59,344 nucleotides of DNA, taken from assembly GCA_009782265.1 (NCBI GenBank), contig WRJM01000001.1:1-59344 (forward strand). Reading direction: 5' to 3'. Below the pieces are notes generated by a model that worked only from the letters and a program-made list of their open reading frames with translations, was not told the origin of the DNA and did no database searches. A program made the translations under genes and the position numbers. The DNA is from Oscillospiraceae bacterium. GTDB taxonomy: Bacteria > Bacillota > Clostridia > Oscillospirales > Ruminococcaceae. Below are positions 9,014-18,595 of this stretch, one piece after another; within the stretch, counting starts at the first letter, position 1; every line of letters starts with the position of its first letter.

Positions 9014-10195
9014 TTAAATTTCTCTTAAGAATTCTTCAATCCTCTTTGTTGCATCATTAAGATGCGCCAATGAATAAGCGTAAGAAACGCGGATAAATCC
9101 CTCTCCGCTCTTCCCGAATGCGTTCCCCGGGACAACCGCAACCCGCTTTACTTTAATCAGCCGTTCGCAGAATTCGTCCGATGACAAACCGGTTGATTGA
9201 ATACGCGGGAACACGTAAAACGCGCCTTCCGGCTCGAAACAATCAAGCCCCATATCCCCGAATGCCTTTACACATAAGCGGCGGCGCATGTCGTATTCAC
9301 TGACCATGAAGTCTACATCGCGCCGACATTCCGGCGCAGACAGCGCGGTAATCGCCGCGTACTGGCTCGTGGTCGGACTGCACATAATTGCATATTGATG
9401 AATTTTCAGCATTTGGGTTAAAATCGGTTCAGGTCCTGCCGCCCAGCCGAGCCGCCAGCCGGTCATGGCAAAGGCTTTAGAAAAGCCGTTAATCACAATC
9501 GTGCGTTCTTTCATGTTGTTAAGAGAAGCAATTGAAACGTGTTTTTGACCGCCGTAAGTAAGCTCGGAATAAATTTCGTCGCTGATAACCATGATGTTCG
9601 TACCGCGCAGAATTTCTGCGATTTTTTGCAAATCATCACGGCGCATGACCGCGCCTGTGGGGTTATTCGGGAAAGGCAGAATTAACGCTTTGGTTTTCGG
9701 GGTAATCGCGGCGCGCAGTGCTTCCGGCGTAAGCTTAAATTGATTTTCAAACCTTGTCACAATCGGCACGGCAATGCCTCCGGCAAGCTCAACAAGCGGC
9801 GAATAACAGACAAAGCACGGTTCGGGGACTAAAACCTCGTCGTTCCTGTTTATAAGGGCGCGGATTGCTAAATCAATTGCCTCTGAGCCGCCGACAGTGA
9901 CGACAATTTCACTGCTCGGGGAATAATTTACGCCAATAGAATTTTGCGTATACTCGCAGATTTTACGGCGCAGTTCTTCTATACCGGCGTTTGATGAATA
10001 GCGGGTATGTCCGGTTTCAAGCGACAGAATCGCCTTTCTGCGAATCGCCCACGGCGTTTTGAAGTCCGGTTCGCCCACCGATAAAGAAATCACGTTGTCC
10101 ATGGTTGCGGCAATATCAAAGAATTTGCGTATACCTGAAAATTCTACGTTTTTCACACGCTCTGAAAGCAGTTTTTCATAATCCGGCGTTTTCAC
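9014..10195 (-). CDS. Class I/II PLP-dependent aminotransferase
   Basis: PNNPTG, SDEIY, GFSKAFAMTGWRLG; typical pairing with Lrp/AsnC. Confidence 0.93.
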   Translation of the reverse strand: MKTPDYEKLLSERVKNVEFSGIRKFFDIAATMDNVISLSVGEPDFKTPWAIRRKAILSLETGHTRYSSNAGIEELRRKICEYTQNSIGVNYSPSSEIVVTVGGSEAIDLAIRALINRNDEVLVPEPCFVCYSPLVELAGGIAVPIVTRFENQFKLTPEALRAAITPKTKALILPFPNNPTGAVMRRDDLQKIAEILRGTNIMVISDEIYSELTYGGQKHVSIASLNNMKERTIVINGFSKAFAMTGWRLGWAAGPEPILTQMLKIHQYAIMCSPTTSQYAAITALSAPECRRDVDFMVSEYDMRRRLCVKAFGDMGLDCFEPEGAFYVFPRIQSTGLSSDEFCERLIKVKRVAVVPGNAFGKSGEGFIRVSYAYSLAHLNDATKRIEEFLREI

Positions 10196-10683
10196 GGGGA
10201 AACAAGACTCCTTTCGTCATCGGCGTCAAGCGCGAACAACGCGCCTTTTTCCTTGAACCGCTGTAATATAAAATGCGTTGCCGTAGACAGCACGCCGTCC
10301 ATCACCGCAAGCCTGTCCGACACGAACATAGCGACTTCGCGCAGGTTTTCGCCTTTTACAGTCACGGCAAGGTCGTATGCTCCGCTCATCAGCTGAACGC
10401 TTTCAACTTCGCGGTTCTGGGCGATTTTGTTGGCAACCGCGCCGTATCCGTTTTCGATTTGGGGGGAAACTTTTAGCTCGATTACGGCGGTGACGGCGTT
10501 TCTGTCGTATTTTTCTTCATTAATAATCGCAGAATAACCGATAATAATACCCTCATTTTCAAGGTTTGAAATTTTGTCTGCGGCTTCCTGCTCGGAAACG
10601 CCGAGCATGGCGGCGATTTGGGCGTTGGTTAGTCTTGCGCTTGTCCGCAGAATATGCAGGATTTTGCTTCTGATTTCGTTCAT
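10192..10683 (-). CDS. Lrp/AsnC family transcriptional regulator
   Basis: N-terminal HTH, MSGAYDL, TATHFIL; start moved to MNEIR (10683) after GGAGAG. Confidence 0.92.
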   Translation of the reverse strand: MNEIRSKILHILRTSARLTNAQIAAMLGVSEQEAADKISNLENEGIIIGYSAIINEEKYDRNAVTAVIELKVSPQIENGYGAVANKIAQNREVESVQLMSGAYDLAVTVKGENLREVAMFVSDRLAVMDGVLSTATHFILQRFKEKGALFALDADDERSLVSP

Positions 10684-10745
10684 TATGCTCTCCTTTTCAC
10701 ATGAAATGTTTATAATGCGAAGCTCCGCTTCGCTTAACGGAGGAC

Positions 10746-10966
10746 TTGTTCTTTTTGCTTGTGCAAAAAGAACCAAAAACACAGCCCTGCGGGCGGCTTT
10801 ATCCTCTTACAAAGTAGATTACTTGCTTGTAAACTTATTCATAGTCAGCTATTCTTTTGGGTTGTGCTCACTGTTGGTAGTTTTCTAATAAGGATAGACA
10901 TTAATAGGAGGACGAGCCCTCCGCAGGAGCGTGTTTTGGTTACTTTTGCACGAGCAAAAGTAACAA
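10746..10966. repeat. Inverted pair of ~37-bp palindromes (REPIN/MITE-like)
   Basis: ttgttctttttgcttgtgcaaaaagaaccaaaaacac (10746-10782) versus reverse complement of 10931-10966, ttgttacttttgctcgtgcaaaagtaaccaaaacac. Confidence 0.7.
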
Positions 10967-11010
10967 CCCCCGCGGGGAAGTCCCCATAAACATCGCATTA
11001 TATAAATTCC

Positions 11011-11829
11011 CTACATTAAACCCACAAAAACCGGTTTCCGTTTGATGAAATATGCAATTTTTTTAAACCCTGCAGATTCGGCGATTTCGGCGGCGGCATT
11101 GAAATGCGCGGCAAGGTCGGTTGTTCTGTGCGCGTCTGAACCTATGGTAATGATTTCGCCGCCGAGTTCGCGGAAAAGCTTTATGTATTCCAAGCCCGGG
11201 TCTGCTTTATTATATTCAGGTTTACGCAAGCCCCCGGTGTTAATTTCAAGCCCGATGTTTCTTCTGACGGCAGATTTGAATATTTCCTGTATAATATCCG
11301 TATATTTGCTCATGCCAACCGGAATATGATTACGTCCTGTGATATAACGGAGCGGATAGGTTAAATGCCCGATGACGTCTATATCCGCGTTTTCAACCAT
11401 TTCAAGCGTTTCTTCAAAATAAGTCTGCATGATTTTTTCCGGTTCAAGCTCTTTGTTTTTAAAATCCAAGTAGTAAAAATCTTTATAACCGCGAATGCTG
11501 TGGGTTGAACCGATGACGTAATCAAGCTTGAATTCCGCGATTAACCGCTTGGAAAGTGCGGGGTTCTGTATGTATTGCCCGATTTCCGCCCCGAAGCCGA
11601 TATGAATTTTATCCGCATATATTTCAATCAACGCCGGAATTTCGGCGGCGGCAAGCGGCATAAGCCGGCTTTGGTTATAATGAGAATCATAATAATCGTT
11701 CACGTCGATATGGTCGGTAAACGTAAGCGCGTGCAAACCTGATTCGAGCGCGCAGTTAATCATTTCACGCGGAGAATTTTCCCCGTCGAAGGAAAAATTG
11801 GTGTGGGTGTGTGTGTCAATTATATTCAT
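11011..11829 (-). CDS. PHP-family histidinol-phosphatase (HisJ/HisK-like)
   Basis: DTHTHT, FTDH, GSTH, IGHL, EINT, GSDAH metal-binding motifs. Confidence 0.85.
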   Translation of the reverse strand: MNIIDTHTHTNFSFDGENSPREMINCALESGLHALTFTDHIDVNDYYDSHYNQSRLMPLAAAEIPALIEIYADKIHIGFGAEIGQYIQNPALSKRLIAEFKLDYVIGSTHSIRGYKDFYYLDFKNKELEPEKIMQTYFEETLEMVENADIDVIGHLTYPLRYITGRNHIPVGMSKYTDIIQEIFKSAVRRNIGLEINTGGLRKPEYNKADPGLEYIKLFRELGGEIITIGSDAHRTTDLAAHFNAAAEIAESAGFKKIAYFIKRKPVFVGLM

Positions 11830-11837
11830 AATAAAAT

Positions 11838-11883
11838 ATTATAACATAAAAATATTGATATGGCAAGATTTTTATGTTATAAT
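11838..11883. promoter_or_regulatory. Overlapping divergent sigma-A promoters
   Basis: Minus: TTGCCA-17-TATAAT (11866-11838); plus: TTGATA-17-TATAAT (11855-11883); both have an extended TG. Confidence 0.7.
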
Positions 11884-11920
11884 AATGTTAATTGTATTAC
11901 TTTGAAAGTTATCAATGCTT

Positions 11921-11957
11921 GTTTTATGTTCCCCGCTTTCGGCGGGGAACATAAAAC
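11921..11957. repeat. CCCCGC-GCGGGG hairpin family copy
   Basis: gttttatgttccccgc/gcggggaacataaaac; related to 36057, 50614 and 54570. Confidence 0.6.
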
Positions 11958-11980
11958 AAAATTCAAGCCGGAGGATTTAT

Positions 11981-12250
11981 ATGAGAGCAGTTATAACCGT
12001 TATCGGAAAAGATACCGTGGGGATTTTAGCAAAAGTCACCGGAATCTGCGCGGAAGCCAATGTCAACGTCATGGACGTGACTCAGACGATTGTGCAGGAT
12101 TTATTTGCGATGACTATGCTGACGGACATATCGGGGCTTCAGGGGGAATTCGGAGCGTTTTCGGACAAGCTGACCAATCTCGGCACAAGCATGAATTTGC
12201 AGATTCATGTTATGCACGAGGATATTTTTAATTCCATGCATCGGATTTGA
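11981..12250 (+). CDS. ACT-domain protein (UPF0237-like)
   Basis: MRAVITVIGKDTVGI...HEDIFNSMHRI; GGAGG before ATG 11981. Confidence 0.92.
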   Translation: MRAVITVIGKDTVGILAKVTGICAEANVNVMDVTQTIVQDLFAMTMLTDISGLQGEFGAFSDKLTNLGTSMNLQIHVMHEDIFNSMHRI

Positions 12251-12279
12251 ATAATTAATAATTAAAAGGAAAATCAACC

Positions 12280-13638
12280 ATGCTCAACAACACCGACATT
12301 TTAGAAACTATCCAAATGATACAGGAAGAACATCTTGACATTCGCACAATCACAATGGGCATTTCGCTCCTTGACTGTATTTCCCCCGACATAGACATAG
12401 CCTGTGCGAAAATTTACGATAAAATTACAAGAGCCGCGCAAAATCACGTGAAAACAGGGCAAGATATAGAAAAGCGTTACGGAATCCCGATTATCAACAA
12501 GCGGATTTCAGTCACGCCGGTTGCTGTTTTATGTGCGGGGTTGGAAGAAAAAAATCCGGTCAAGCTTGCCTTAACCTTAGATAAAGCCGCCAAAGAAACC
12601 GGTGTGGACTATATCGGCGGGTATTCCGCGTTGGTTCATAAGGGTTTTTCGGCAGGGGATTTGCCGCTGATTAATTCCATTCCGGAAGCCTTGGCAGTCA
12701 CCGAGCGGGTTTGCAGTTCTGTCAATATAGGCTCTACCAAAGCGGGAATTAACATGGACGCTGTCCGCCTTATGGGTGAAATTATACTTGAAACAGCAAA
12801 GAGTACAGCGGATAATTACTGCTTCGGCGCGGCGAAAATCGTGGTTTTCTGCAATGCGGTTGAGGATAACCCGTTCATGGCGGGTGCATTTCACGGCTTC
12901 GGCGAACCGGATGTGGTTTTGAACGTCGGCGTAAGCGGACCGGGCGTTGTGCGCGCCGCCGTTGCGAAAATGCAAGGTGCAAGTATTGACGAAATCGCCG
13001 AGCAAATTAAAAAAACCGCGTTCAAAATCACCCGCATGGGACAGCTTGTCGGTACGCAGGCAAGCAAAGCGTTGGGAATTCCTTTCGGCATTGTTGACCT
13101 GTCGCTTGCGCCCACGCCCGCAGTCGGGGACAGCGTGGCGTATATCTTGGAGGAAATGGGCTTGGAAAAATGCGGCGCGTACGGCACAACGGCGGCGTTA
13201 GCCCTGCTGAATGACGCGGTGAAAAAAGGCGGCGTAATGGCATCTTCTCACGTGGGCGGGCTTTCGGGCGCGTTTATCCCCGTTTCCGAGGACGCGGGTA
13301 TGATTGAAGCGGTGAAAAGCGGCGCATTAAGCCTTGAAAAATTAGAAGCCATGACGGCGGTTTGCTCGGTCGGGCTTGATATGGTGGTCGTCCCGGGCGA
13401 TACACCCGCCGAAATTATTTCGGCAATGATTGCGGACGAAGCCGCTATCGGCATGGTCAACAATAAAACCACAGCCGTTAGGGTAATTCCCGCGATTGGT
13501 ATGAAGGAAGGCGAGGTTTTAGATTTCGGCGGGCTTTTCGGAAGCGGACCTGTTATGCCTGTAAACCGTTTTTCACCCACCGGATTCATCAGCAGGGGCG
13601 GAAGAATCCCCGCACCCCTACAAAGTTTAAAAAATTAG
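12280..13638 (+). CDS. DUF711/UPF0210 (PFL-like fold) protein
   Basis: [40 protein letters not shown]; standard pairing with the ACT protein. Confidence 0.92.
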   Translation: MLNNTDILETIQMIQEEHLDIRTITMGISLLDCISPDIDIACAKIYDKITRAAQNHVKTGQDIEKRYGIPIINKRISVTPVAVLCAGLEEKNPVKLALTLDKAAKETGVDYIGGYSALVHKGFSAGDLPLINSIPEALAVTERVCSSVNIGSTKAGINMDAVRLMGEIILETAKSTADNYCFGAAKIVVFCNAVEDNPFMAGAFHGFGEPDVVLNVGVSGPGVVRAAVAKMQGASIDEIAEQIKKTAFKITRMGQLVGTQASKALGIPFGIVDLSLAPTPAVGDSVAYILEEMGLEKCGAYGTTAALALLNDAVKKGGVMASSHVGGLSGAFIPVSEDAGMIEAVKSGALSLEKLEAMTAVCSVGLDMVVVPGDTPAEIISAMIADEAAIGMVNNKTTAVRVIPAIGMKEGEVLDFGGLFGSGPVMPVNRFSPTGFISRGGRIPAPLQSLKN

Positions 13639-13835
13639 CTAAAAAAATATATTTCTTCGCGGTATATTTTGTTTACTTTACTGTTGCAAAAAACGTCGTA
13701 AAGTAGTATTATAGATTGCGTACGGTTTTGTTTGAAAAGATAAATCTTTTCAAACGGGAATTTGTGCTTTGCACAAATTCCGAAGAGGGGATAAAATTTG
13801 AAAGAGTTATTTGCAAAAAAGTGTGGATATAGAAC

Positions 13836-14147
13836 ATGTTAAATTTAATTGATTCAATCATTAATATAGATAAGAACGCCCGCTTGCAGTTAGAGCAGGC
13901 GAAGCTTTTGGCACGTGAAATACTTGAAAGCGCGGAAGCCGAATGTAAGAAAATAGAGTTTGAATACACCGAGCGCGCTGATAAAAGGCTTTCCGTTGTA
14001 GACGAAACCTATTCAAAAATAGCACAAGAGGATATAGAGGTTATTGAAAATCGGGAAAAAGAGCAGATTGCAAAAATTGAAGCGGTTATGGCAGAGAACA
14101 GGAACGCTTGGAAGCGTGAAATTTCAGAAAGAATCTTAAAGGCGTGA
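13836..14147 (+). CDS. V/A-type ATPase subunit G/H-like coiled-coil protein
   Basis: Charged helical 103 aa, first gene of the operon. Confidence 0.65.
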   Translation: MLNLIDSIINIDKNARLQLEQAKLLAREILESAEAECKKIEFEYTERADKRLSVVDETYSKIAQEDIEVIENREKEQIAKIEAVMAENRNAWKREISERILKA

Positions 14148-15178
14148 GCGGCAGAAACACCGCGCTCGTTGCCAAGGCAAGAGCAATTTACGGCAAGCGG
14201 GTTACGGATAATGAATACAATATCCTGCTTCATAAAACATCTGTTCCGCAGGTTGTGAATCTGCTGAAAACTACGGCGCGCTACCGGAAAGAGCTTGAAG
14301 CAGTGGATGAACAGCAAATTCACAGGGAGCAGATTGAGCTTTTGCTTAATCAATCGGTTTTTGATATCTATTTGAAATTATGCCGTTTTGTTCCGAATTC
14401 AAACGCCGGAAACACCGGTAACCGCTTTATCGGGTTTTATATCCGCAAGGCGGAGCTTGAAATTATTCTGAACACGGTTCATTTTCTGAATTCAGGTCAG
14501 CGCGACAGAATCATTTTTTATCTGCCCGCTTATTTGGAACGGCATGTAAACTTCACGCTGATGGATTTGGGTAATGTTGAAAATTTTAATGATTTAATAA
14601 ACATTCTCCGCAATACTTGTTATTATAAAATTTTAAATTCATTCGGGGGCACAAATTTTGAAGAGCTTTCCGCGGTGCTTTATACCGATTATTATGAACG
14701 GCTTTCGGAGCAGATTAAAAATGAATTTTCGGGAGAAGAAGCGGATTTGCTGAGCAAAACGGTGCAGAAACGGATTGCTTTTGATAATCTGATGATGATT
14801 TACCGTATGAAAACGTATTTCAACCGCCCGCCGGAAGAAATAAAAGGAATGATGACGCCTTTTTACAGCGGGCTTTCAAAGAACGACGCAGAAGTGCTTT
14901 TAAACGCTAAAAACGCGGACGAATTAATTGCTGAGCGTTTTAATAAAAAGTATTTAAAACACGGCGATGTGTTTGACCGGGATTTTCCGGAAATTGCGGC
15001 AGAGCGCGGGGATTTCAGGTTACTAAGCAGTAAGCTGCGGATTACGCAAAGCTGGGCGTTTGTGATTTTTTCGCTTGTCAGGCTTCTTGAAATCGAAAAG
15101 CAGAATGTTTTCAATATTATAGAGGGCGTCCGGTATCAGATGCCCGCGGCGGAAATTGAAAGGTTATTGGTGTTTTAG
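14144..15178 (+). CDS. ntpC: V/A-type ATPase subunit C (d)
   Basis: KARAIYGK N-terminus, NIIEGVRY C-terminus, operon position. Confidence 0.85.
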   Translation: MSGRNTALVAKARAIYGKRVTDNEYNILLHKTSVPQVVNLLKTTARYRKELEAVDEQQIHREQIELLLNQSVFDIYLKLCRFVPNSNAGNTGNRFIGFYIRKAELEIILNTVHFLNSGQRDRIIFYLPAYLERHVNFTLMDLGNVENFNDLINILRNTCYYKILNSFGGTNFEELSAVLYTDYYERLSEQIKNEFSGEEADLLSKTVQKRIAFDNLMMIYRMKTYFNRPPEEIKGMMTPFYSGLSKNDAEVLLNAKNADELIAERFNKKYLKHGDVFDRDFPEIAAERGDFRLLSSKLRITQSWAFVIFSLVRLLEIEKQNVFNIIEGVRYQMPAAEIERLLVF

Positions 15179-15180
15179 TT

Positions 15181-17166
15181 ATGGCGATTGAACGTATGTC
15201 TTTGGTGTCGATTGTGGGGGGAATCAAAAAAGTCAACCGTTCCCTCATGCGTTGCTTTGAAAGCGAATGTTTTCATATCATTGAATCATCGCACGGCTCG
15301 GACATCAGCACGGCGGGTGTCGGGTTTAAAACCCTGAAAGACCGTAATCCCTACGCGCCTTTAGTGAAACGTGCGGCGGCTCTTGCCGAAGGTTTGGAAA
15401 TTAAAATCGAGCAAAAGGAATATGAGGAAATTGATTTTGCGGTCAGCGTGGATTTCGCGCACTATTTTACAGAAATAGAAACGGTTTATAATGATTTTTT
15501 CAAGCGTTTGCAGGAAACCAAGTCCATGCTTGAACAGCACAAACGCGCCTTAACCTATGTAGAGCATATGGAGGGCTTAACCTCAGATTTTGAGAAAATA
15601 TTTGCGCTTGAATACATAAAAGTGCGCTTCGGGCGGCTTCCTGCCGACAGTTTTAAGAAACTGCGCTTCTTTGAACATATGAACTTTATGTTCTTTCCGT
15701 TTGAAGAATATGAAAATTATGTCTGGGGGGTTTATTTCGCGGCGGCTGAAGAAGGCGTTGTGGTGGACGACCTTTTTAACTCGATTTATTTTGAGCGCGT
15801 CAGAATCCCCGATTATGTCAAGGGAACGGCGGAAGACGCCAAAAGTTATATAGAAAACCTTATGAAACGGGAAACGGAAGAAATCGAAAAGTTAAATCAT
15901 TTAATCAAAGAACTCAGTAAAAACACCGAAGAAAAATTTCTGAAAGTTTTTTCAAAGCTCAATGCGCTGAACACCAGTTTTGAACTGCGCGGAAAAGTAT
16001 CGGTCATTAACAGCCGGTTTTTCCTGCTCGGATATGTACCGGCGAAGAAAGCGCGGAAATTCATTGATATTATTGAAGAGGAAGAATCGGTTACGGCGCA
16101 GATTATGCCGGACGCCGACCCCATGACTGTTCCGCCGGTAAAGCTTAAAAACAACCGCGTTTTCCGTCCCTTTGAAATGTTTGTGTCTATGTACGGACTG
16201 CCCGAATACGGCAAGGTTGACCCAACACCTTTTGTCGCTGTTACGTTTATGCTTCTTTACGGAATCATGTTCAGCGATTTGGGGCAGGGCTTGTTTTTAT
16301 CGCTGTTAGGATTTCTGCTTTATAAAATCAAAAAAGTAAAGCTCGGACCGGTTATGGTCAGGCTTGGTTTTTCAAGCGCGGTTTTCGGATATTTTTTCGG
16401 TTCGGTTTTCGGGAATGAAGAACTGATTACGCCCGTATTCGCCAAAAAGGAAATATATTCGTTGGCAGGGCTTGAACACGCCCCGCATAATATTTTTGAA
16501 GTTTCGTCCCTGTTAATGATTGCTTCTATTGCTGTAGGTGTAATCATTATTTTAATCGCTATGATTTTTAACGTCATTGTCAGTGCGCGGAGCAACAATA
16601 TTGAAGCAGGGGTTTTCGGGACGAACGGGATTAACGGCTTCATGCTTTATTCCGCGCTGATTATCGGCGCGGGCATGACTTTTGGGTTAGGCGTGAATTT
16701 GTTTACGCCGGTTTATGTAACCGGGTTCATCATTATTCCGGTGCTCATTTTATTCTTTAAAAAACAGCTTGCGGATTTATTTCATTTAAAAGATAAAAAT
16801 AACGGTTCTGCAAAACAGCGCAAAACAGCCGGTACGTTTATCATAGAGGGTGTAATGGAAATTTTTGAAAGCGGCTTAACTTACGTAACCAATACTATGT
16901 CATTTTTAAGAATCGGCGGGTTTGTGCTCAGTCACGCGGGGCTTATGCTCGTGGTGAATATTTTAGCGGAGAAAGCGGGTTCGGTCGGTTCGGCGGGCTG
17001 GATAATTGCCATGGTTGCGGGGAATCTTTTCGTCATCGGGTTAGAGGGATTTCTCGTGGGGATACAGGTTTTAAGGCTTGAATTTTACGAAATATTCTCG
17101 CGGTTTTATAAAAGCGGCGGAACGCCGTTTCATCCTATGGCAACGGAAATGACGGTTGACAGTTGA
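15181..17166 (+). CDS. ntpI: V/A-type ATPase subunit I (a)
   Basis: YGLPEYGKVDPT, DLGQG, NTMSFLRIGGF, LRLEFYEIFSRFY. Confidence 0.93.
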   Translation: MAIERMSLVSIVGGIKKVNRSLMRCFESECFHIIESSHGSDISTAGVGFKTLKDRNPYAPLVKRAAALAEGLEIKIEQKEYEEIDFAVSVDFAHYFTEIETVYNDFFKRLQETKSMLEQHKRALTYVEHMEGLTSDFEKIFALEYIKVRFGRLPADSFKKLRFFEHMNFMFFPFEEYENYVWGVYFAAAEEGVVVDDLFNSIYFERVRIPDYVKGTAEDAKSYIENLMKRETEEIEKLNHLIKELSKNTEEKFLKVFSKLNALNTSFELRGKVSVINSRFFLLGYVPAKKARKFIDIIEEEESVTAQIMPDADPMTVPPVKLKNNRVFRPFEMFVSMYGLPEYGKVDPTPFVAVTFMLLYGIMFSDLGQGLFLSLLGFLLYKIKKVKLGPVMVRLGFSSAVFGYFFGSVFGNEELITPVFAKKEIYSLAGLEHAPHNIFEVSSLLMIASIAVGVIIILIAMIFNVIVSARSNNIEAGVFGTNGINGFMLYSALIIGAGMTFGLGVNLFTPVYVTGFIIIPVLILFFKKQLADLFHLKDKNNGSAKQRKTAGTFIIEGVMEIFESGLTYVTNTMSFLRIGGFVLSHAGLMLVVNILAEKAGSVGSAGWIIAMVAGNLFVIGLEGFLVGIQVLRLEFYEIFSRFYKSGGTPFHPMATEMTVDS

Positions 17167-17214
17167 TAATGTATAATTGACAGTTGAAAATTTAAAATAC
17201 GGAGGGGAATTTTT

Positions 17215-17655
17215 ATGTTTATATTTTTTATGCCTTTGATTTTGCTTGCGGTGGTTGTTCTGCCGTTTATTTCGGCGGGTTTGAAGAAAAGAGCGGGTAA
17301 GAAAGTGAACGGAAAGCGTGTGATTCTGCTGAATATAGGCTCGTTTTTCGTTTGTCTTGTCAGCTTCGGGGTTTTCTTTGTGCTGTCGGCGTCGGCGAAC
17401 GCACCGGAAGCGGCAGAAACAGCGGTACAAGCGGCGGGGGGCGTTGCTGAGGGCATGAAATACCTCGGCGCGGCGCTTTCAACGGGGCTTGCCACAATCG
17501 GCACGGGCATAGCGGTAGGCAGTGCCGCGCCTGCGGCAATCGGCGCGGTCAGCGAAGATGACAAGAACTTTACGAAAGCATTGATTTTCGTGGTTCTTGG
17601 TGAGGGCGTGGCGATTTACGGGCTTCTTATATCTATGCTGATATTATTTAGTTAA
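17215..17655 (+). CDS. ntpK: V/A-type ATPase proteolipid subunit K (c)
   Basis: GIAVGSAAPAAIGA and LGEGVAIYGL hairpin with the essential Glu. Confidence 0.9.
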   Translation: MFIFFMPLILLAVVVLPFISAGLKKRAGKKVNGKRVILLNIGSFFVCLVSFGVFFVLSASANAPEAAETAVQAAGGVAEGMKYLGAALSTGLATIGTGIAVGSAAPAAIGAVSEDDKNFTKALIFVVLGEGVAIYGLLISMLILFS

Positions 17656-17683
17656 TTTAAATATTGCGGCGGAGGCACTCCGG

Positions 17684-17992
17684 ATGAAATTTTATTTAAT
17701 CAGCGATAACGCCGACACCGAAAACGGTATGAGATTAGCAGGAATAGAGGGCGTTTCGGTTTACAGCGCAGGGGAAGCGGAAGACGCGATTGACAGAGCC
17801 TGTTCCGACACCGAAATTGCGATTATTCTCGTCACCGAAAAAATTATGACGCTTTGCCCCGATAAAATTTACGGGCTGAAGCGTTCTTCAAAACGTCCGC
17901 TGATTGCGGTGATTCCCGACCGCCACGGCGGCGGAAACATCAGCGAAACCATTAACCGTTATATCAGCGAATCAATCGGAGTAAAATTATGA
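17684..17992 (+). CDS. V/A-type ATPase subunit F
   Basis: SDNADTENGMRLAGIEG, PLIAVIPDRHG, YISESIGVKL. Confidence 0.9.
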   Translation: MKFYLISDNADTENGMRLAGIEGVSVYSAGEAEDAIDRACSDTEIAIILVTEKIMTLCPDKIYGLKRSSKRPLIAVIPDRHGGGNISETINRYISESIGVKL

Positions 17993-18591
17993 CCGGAAAC
18001 AGCAGTGCCTATGGTAATAACAAAACATTAGAGAATATCCGTCTTTCAGTGATTCGCGAAACAGATGAAACGGCGGCGGCGATTACTGAGTGCGCAGAAA
18101 AAGAAAAGATGGATTTAATCAATCAAACATGCGACGACTGTATCGCGCTTTCTTATGAGCGCGTTACCGAGGGTGTGCGCGAGATTAAGCAAACCTGTGC
18201 AAGACGGGTTTCAAAAAATAGCTTTGATGTTTTCAAAGCTATTTTGTCACGCAGGGAAGAATTAATTGAAGAGCTTTTTACGGAGATTTCTGACGAGCTT
18301 ATCCGTTTTACGGAAAGCAAGGATTATATCAGTTTTACGGAAAATAAATTAAAACAAGCCGATTCGGAAAGACCGCTGAAAAACGCTGTGGCTTATATTA
18401 AAAGCGAAGACGCGGGCAAAATTAAATGTTTAGGCGCGGAGGTCAGAATCAGCGAAAAAATCAAGCTCGGCGGGGTCAATCTTTTTTATCCGGACGAAAA
18501 GATTTGGGTTGATTTAACACTTGATAAGCTACTGCGTGACGAAAGAAATCATTTTGCGCATAAAAGCGAATTAGAAATACGGGAGACTTAG
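17989..18591 (+). CDS. ntpE: V/A-type ATPase subunit E
   Basis: Long N-terminal helix, IKLGGV...VDLTL C-terminal domain, operon position. Confidence 0.8.
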   Translation: MTGNSSAYGNNKTLENIRLSVIRETDETAAAITECAEKEKMDLINQTCDDCIALSYERVTEGVREIKQTCARRVSKNSFDVFKAILSRREELIEELFTEISDELIRFTESKDYISFTENKLKQADSERPLKNAVAYIKSEDAGKIKCLGAEVRISEKIKLGGVNLFYPDEKIWVDLTLDKLLRDERNHFAHKSELEIRET

Positions 18592-18595
18592 AATC

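Noticed and set aside
17154-17196. Heptamer-periodic gttgaca/gttgata/attgaca run at the end of ntpI
   Set aside because: Real but short and degenerate; no supportable function.
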